A stretch of 42,310 nucleotides of DNA from Octopus sinensis. Taxonomy: Eukaryota. The stretch spans positions 1 to 42,310 of the forward strand of contig NW_021835225.1 in assembly GCF_006345805.1 (NCBI RefSeq), given 5' to 3'. Of this stretch, positions 36,085-42,310 are shown piece after piece. Below the pieces are notes generated by a model, which saw only the letters and a program-made list of their open reading frames with translations, had not been told where the DNA came from and ran no database searches. How positions within the stretch are numbered: position 1 is the first letter of the stretch; every line of letters starts with the position of its first letter. A program made the translations under genes and the position numbers.

Positions 36085-36440
36085 TTATGGCCACGCTGGA
36101 GCCTTAATTTGTCTCCTATCAGTCATGTTGTCGCTTTATAACTGGAAGTTGGTCTATGAGTGTGTAGCAGCTGATCTTCCCTGAGTGTATCCTTGAATGC
36201 TTGCCTGGTCTGATATCATCGTTAAGAGTTTATCCAATGTTTTTTTTTTAATAATATTTCAGTAGAGGTTTATTTGTCTTTCTGATTTCTTGAGGTAAGC
36301 AAGTGAACAACTGAGGATATCAAAATATCAGATCGGTACAAATAGAGTTGTTTTTGCTCGTGATTTTGAAGATGGCATATTTGGAAGTTGGCAGTATATA
36401 GAAGTTCCTGCCTTCAAATGTTTTTTCTAATACCGAAGTT
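36085..36440 (-). mobile_element. Old CR1-group LINE 3' relic (same type as 3884-4558)
   Basis: PQLFTCLPQEIRK...KKTLDKLLTMISDQASIQGYTQGRSAATHS, followed by a 3' UTR containing gctccagcgtggcca. Confidence 0.7.
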
Positions 36441-36629
36441 TGGAGTATGTCCAATACACTTACAATACTGACTAGTAAGGGTCTGGCCTGAAGATCGCAA
36501 TAGCGTGAAACGCGAGTCTTGAAACAAATTCTCAGGTTCAATTACAATATGGATTATGTGTGTATGTGCAAGTTTGTGTGTTTATACGTACACACAGAGA
36601 CACACAGAGACGCATGAATATATATATAT

Positions 36630-36738
36630 ATATTGTTGTATTTCGGAATGGTCATCTTGCCAGTTTAGCCAATAAAAACACACGCACTATTATTATTGGA
36701 TAAACTGGCAAAATGACCATTCCGAAATGCAACAATAT
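36630..36738. repeat. 46-bp inverted repeat with 17-nt loop
   Basis: 36630-36675 versus the reverse complement of 36693-36738 shows 3 mismatches. Confidence 0.9.
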
Positions 36739-36782
36739 CTGTTTCAACACACGATTTCACATAAAAAATCTTGCACAACAAA

Positions 36783-36951
<169 letters not shown>

Positions 36952-36952
36952 G

Positions 36953-37121
36953 CACGACCGGCATCTTCCAGTTTCCGTCAATGAAAGGACCAAATCAACT
37001 CACAAGGCTTTGATCGGTCCGAGGCTATAATAGAAGACACCTGTCCAAGGTGCCACTTAGTGGGAGTTTGAACCCGAGACCAAGTTGTTAGGAAAGAAAC
37101 TTCTTACCACACACCTACGCC
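36953..37121 (-). mobile_element. SINE family B, 5' half
   Basis: cagtttccgtc...ctcacaaggctttg...gaggctataatagaagacac...cttaccacacacctacgcc. Confidence 0.85.
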
Positions 37122-37530
37122 TATACATACGCACGCGCACGCCCGTGTGCACATATAAATATATTTATATATGATTTGTATACACTCATGCTTGTATTTC
37201 GTAAACGGAATGTGGAATCTGTTTCACTGGATTCTCTTCAATAGATACCTGCATAATGCTAAATAAAGAACCTTTTCGCGACTGAAGTCGGTATCAACTT
37301 ACTGACATCATTTCACTTCAAATCACAAAGGCAAACGATTTCAATATGTATCAAATTCATAAATACGGTATCTAAATTTCCCAAGAAATCTTATATGCCT
37401 TCGTCGTTATTATAATAATAATCAGAAAGTGAAATATCATTGCATACGTAATATGATGCATGCGTCTTGACTACGTGCAAAGAATTCAAAGAGATCACGC
37501 AATGATTGCGTGTGAAATCATGAACAAAAG

Positions 37531-38280
37531 TGGTGCTCCGTCGGTTACGACGACAAGCGTTCCAGCTGCTCCGATGAGCGGAACAGCTTGCTCATAAAAT
37601 TAATGTACAACTGGCTGAGCACTCCGCAGAATCGCGTAACATTTACGAAGATCTCAAGAAGATTCAGCGTGACATAGTATGTGACAAGGTTGACCGTTAG
37701 TATGTGACAAGGTTGACCGTTAGTATGTGACAAGGCTGACCATAGTATGTGACAAGGCTGACCGTTAGTATGTGACAAGGTTGACCGTTAGTATGTGACA
37801 AGGTTGACCATAGTATGTGACAAGGCTGACCGTTAGTATGTGACAAGGTTGACCGTTAGTATGTGACAAGGTTGACCGTTAGTATGTGACAAGGCTGACC
37901 ATAGTATGTGACAAGGCTGACCGTTAGTATGTGACAAGGCTGACCATAGTATGTGACAAGGCTGACCGTTAGTATGTGACAAGGCTGACCATAGTATGTG
38001 ACAAGGCTGACCGTTAGTATGTGACAAGGCTGACCATAGTATGCGACAAGGCTGACCATAGTATGTGACAAGGCTAACCATAGTATGTGACAAGGCTGAC
38101 CGTTAGTATGTGACAAGGCTGACCGTTTGAATTACAGGGACAGCTCATTTTTGCCAACGACTGGACTGGAGCAACGTGAAAAAGTGTGTCATACTGAAAT
38201 ACACAATGCGTCGCCAGGAATCGAACTCGCGTCCTCACGGCCGAGAACCGTATACCTTAATCACTAAAGCACGTGCTTTC
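37531..38280 (-). mobile_element. SINE family E containing an internal minisatellite
   Basis: The reverse-complement head has tagtgattaagg and gagttcgattcc, the body is ttcacgttgctccagtcca, and the tail is cgtcgtaaccgacggagcacca; homologous to 35629-35940. Confidence 0.8.
37675..38126. repeat. Minisatellite, 20 units of 22/23 bp: tagtatgtgacaagg(c/t)tgacc(gt/a)
   Basis: Units counted by hand; there are no spacers between them. Confidence 0.97.
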
Positions 38281-38913
38281 AAGCTTTCAAGCTCATTATT
38301 ATTATTATCATCATCAGAGAGTGAAATGGCATTGTATACATAATGTGATATATGCATCTTACCTGCGTGCGAAGAATTTCAAAGAAAACACGCAATGATT
38401 GCGTGTGAATATCCCGAACAAAAAAATGTATCTTCAGACTGCAACATTACTAACGTGCGCGTTCTTGAAATAATCTTTGAAAATTTCAATATTTGAATAT
38501 CGACTTCTGCTACAAAAAAGATGGTTATTCAATCTAAACTTTCGAATTCCTGGTTAGGTTTGGAATTCCATGATATGCAATGCAGGCTTTATAGGTTCTT
38601 TAAACATAGCTTGCAATCTTATGCACATGCACACACGTACGCAGTTGCACATATGAGGATGTGAGCATGTGTTTGTTTGTGTGCTTGTATATACACACAC
38701 AGACACAGACACAGACACACACACACATATGTGTGTATATTTACAATGAGTACATTATATATTACATGAATATACTACTAGAAATATATATGCGCGCATG
38801 CATGGACACGCAAATATAAAAGTAAAATCTAAAAGTATTATTATACATGCATAAATATGGATATACATACATACACACACACACACAATATATATATATA
38901 TATGGTGGTATAT

Positions 38914-38964
<51 letters not shown>

Positions 38965-39133
38965 TATAATATATATACATATATACACATACATATATAT
39001 ATATGTGTATGTATTGCTATTCCTGTATATGTTTTTATTGTAGATGATAGAAGCGGTATTAATGCTAAATAGCAATCTGTGTGTCATACGTAAAGCAGAT
39101 ACATTGATGTAAATCTGATAGACTTCGTTATTT

Positions 39134-39348
39134 AAGGAGCTACATACAGAGAGGACAAACAAGGACAGACAAACGGATTAAGTCGATTACATCGACCCCA
39201 GTGCGTAACTGGTACTTATTTAATCGACCCCGAAAGGATGAAAGGCAAAGTCGACCTCGGCGGAATTTGAACTCAGAACGTAACGGCAGACGAAATACGG
39301 CTACGCATTTCGCCCGGCGTGCTAACGTTTCTGCCAGCTCGCCGCCTT
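39134..39348 (-). mobile_element. SINE family A, 3'-shortened, with 23-bp TSD
   Basis: aaatctgatagacttcgttattt at 39111-39133 and 39351-39373. Confidence 0.95.
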
Positions 39349-40004
39349 CAAAATCTGATAGACTTCGTTATTTGTCTCGATATAGCATCTTTTTGAGACG
39401 TAGGGTCTTAAACCATGTGTTTGCTAAAGGTATGAACGCAGGTTGCTATGTTGGACTTTTATTCCTCCTATTGGTCATAACGAATTGTTACTCAGCCTGT
39501 TGGCTAATTGTGTTATCAGTGATATATCAGGAACGTTTGAATTTTTTTTTCAGTTGTCAGTGGATACTTGCTGCTGACGAAGTTCAAGGAGGGAGAAATG
39601 CATGTTTAGAAATGCTGCAATTGTTGCTGCAAGATTTTAGCCTGCTACTGCTCCTCGACGCCTAAATAATTCCGCTGCCCTAACCACTGGGTCATTGCGC
39701 CTCCACAGTAGAAGTACGACCAATGTATAATGCAAACTTAAACCACAAAATCTCATATAGACCCACCAAGGGTCACATGGATTCCAATCGAGACCCACTG
39801 CCCTTGACTATCTTTTACTAATTTATGCGCGAGTCGACCACCTTTAAATCAGGCATTCCTCCGTTCCAGCCACCATTCTTTTGCATAAGCCACCATTTCA
39901 CAACTCTTGCCACAAACTAATCGCTTTAAAGAGTAATCCGCCATCTTTATACCAACACATCGACCGCTCTAACAGACCCTCCACCACTCCAAAACAGCCA
40001 GTCT

Positions 40005-40267
40005 ATATCTTTATCTCCCGCTCTCTCTCATTCTCCCTCTCCTTCTCTCTCTCTCTCGTTCTCTCTCTCTTTCTATCTATCTTTATCTTTCACTCTCTCT
40101 ATCTTTATCTCTCTCTTCGTATCTTTGTCTCACGCTCCCTCTAATTTTATCGCTCTCTCTCTCTCTCCCTCTCTCTCTCTATCTATCTATCTATCTAACT
40201 ATATATATATATATATTTACTTATTTTACTTCCTCTCTATTTTTAAATCTCTCACACTGTATTTCTC

Positions 40268-40302
<35 letters not shown>

Positions 40303-40620
40303 GTATCTTTATCTCTCTCTATCTCTCTTTGTATCTTTATCTCTCTCTCCCTCTTTCCCTCTTTCCCTCTTCCTCTCTCCCCCTCTTTCTCTCTCTCTCT
40401 CTCTCTGTCTCTCCATCTCGAACCCCCCCTCTCTCTCTCTCTCCCTCTCGAACCCCGTCTCTCTCTAGCAGTCCCAAATCCAACCGCCCTCTCCGCCGAT
40501 CTACCACACTAAGAGCAATTCAGACACTCGATGCACCAATACATCTCCCGAGCCAGCCACACACACACCACTCCTTCCCTCCCTCCCTCCCTCCCTCCCC
40601 CTCTCTCTCTCTTTCTCTCC
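40005..40620. repeat. (CT)n-rich polypyrimidine tract
   Basis: Read directly from the sequence. Confidence 0.9.
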
Positions 40621-40994
40621 CCACCCTGTCGACGTAATAAAAGAATATTTTAAAACCATACATGTCACCATGCAAACCAAATCTTACAAACCGACGACAC
40701 CAGCCGACAATTAACGATGAGTGATGGACTGGCGGAGCGGTTCGTCCCTGTTTGATGTGACATGTCGCATAGGAAACCTTTTAACAGTTGCCTCGTTCAA
40801 TTCTTAATTAAAATCACTTCAAATATCGAAACCTTTAGATCTGTTGCAATGAACGTTTCACTTTTTTTTACACTTTATAAGGTCTCCCTGCGTCCTTATA
40901 ATTAAACTAATTACCAGGTATGTTTTAATTAACATACGCATATCAAATGATGCGAATGTATATGAGTATGTAATCAGACGAGGAACGTGTAAAC

Positions 40995-41880
40995 GTGTGA
41001 GTGTGTGTGTGTGTGTGTGCCTCTGTGTGTGTGTGCCTCTGTGTATGTGTGTATGTGTATTGTGTGTGTGTATGTGTGTGTGTGATGTGTGTGTATGTAT
41101 GTGTGTTATGTGTGTGTGTGTGTGTGCCTCTGTGTGTGTGTATGTATGTGTGTGTTGTGTGTGTGTGTTTGGTTCTGTGTGTGTGTGTATGTATGTATGT
41201 ATTGTGTGTGTGTGTGTGTGCGTGTTTAAGCGCGTCGTTCTAGCTACAAATAGTTTTGTGCTTCTATATATGTGCTTGCCAATATGGCGTGCTTGTGTGA
41301 AATATGTGTGACCATACCTTACCCCCGCTCTCTCAACGTATATAATATACATATATATGTGTGTGTGTATGTATTTATATATATGTATGTATGTCTATAC
41401 ACATATACATACATATATGTGTGTATGGATGTGTTTCTGTCTGTAAATACGCATGTCTGTGTATGTATGTGCATGCCTATCCGTATGGATGTGTATGTCT
41501 GTCTGTGTGCAAGTGGGTGTTTGTGTATGTCTATATGTGAGTGTATGAGTGTGTGTGTATGAGTGCAGGCGTCTGAATATGTGTGTGGGCATGTGTACAT
41601 GTGTGCATGTCTAAGAGTGTGTGTATGTGTGTGTGTATGTGTGTGTGTGTTTGTGTGTGTTTGTGTGTACGTGCGTGTGCTTATGTAACACGAACATTCA
41701 ATATAGATCGTGGTTTCACCGAAGTATCGGATCAGATATCAATGGATCTCAACTGGTACAGGAAATGAAACCTTGGCATAGATCGCGTTTTATGATCTTG
41801 TTACCGAAGCACACACGCACACGCAGACACACCCAATCACACGCACCCATATTATTCCAAACACATATACAGAGAAACGC

Positions 41881-41927
<47 letters not shown>

Positions 41928-42245
41928 GCACATACATGAACATACACCCACACCCCTAAGAATATATGCATGTATGTATGTGTATACATACATATATAAA
42001 TATATATATATATATACATGTATACATGTGTACATTTATATATATATATATACATGTAGTACACGTATATCCTTTTTAATATATATATATATATATATAT
42101 GTGTATGTGTGTGTGTTTATGTATGTAAATAGACATATATGTACACGTATATTTGTAATCATTTACACACACATATATACATACATTTGTAAATATACGC
42201 ACGCAAATACACACATGTATTCACGTATAAAAAACGTTTATATAC
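40995..42245. repeat. Degenerate (TG)n/(TATG)n/(TA)n tracts with short unique spacers
   Basis: Read directly from the sequence. Confidence 0.85.
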
Positions 42246-42310
42246 ACCTCTCTTACAGCGACTTTTTAGTTGACAGGTTTAATGTTCTTCTAACAGCATA
42301 ATGAAATTGA

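Noticed and set aside
37675-38126. CRISPR-like array
   Set aside because: The units are contiguous with no unique spacers, there are no cas genes, and the context is eukaryotic. It is a minisatellite inside a SINE.

Overview
This is AT-rich, repeat-saturated animal genomic DNA. The SINE families and the very high microsatellite density look like coleoid cephalopod (most likely Octopus) intronic or intergenic sequence; this is recognition from memory, not a database result. I found no host protein-coding exon, rRNA, true tRNA or CRISPR array, and nearly all ORFs in the supplied track are microsatellite or SINE read-throughs. The window contains: (1) more than 30 copies of tRNA-headed SINEs, here given the working labels A, B and a C/C'/E/F group that shares a head but has different tails; (2) decayed non-LTR retrotransposons of the RTE, CR1-group and R4/Dong (RLE) types; (3) a near-complete DD37D maT-type Tc1/mariner relic, a Buster/SCAND3-like hAT relic and hAT-type MITEs; (4) many simple and compound microsatellites plus one 22/23-bp minisatellite. 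The most interesting observations are a SINE-LINE shared 3' tail with a covarying stem-loop, a stack of (AAT)n-embedded insertions next to an R4/Dong relic, degenerate hammerhead-ribozyme cores near a 46-bp hairpin, and a minisatellite that arose inside a SINE. I found no convincing new gene system. Coordinates of decayed elements are approximate and all translations were done by hand.
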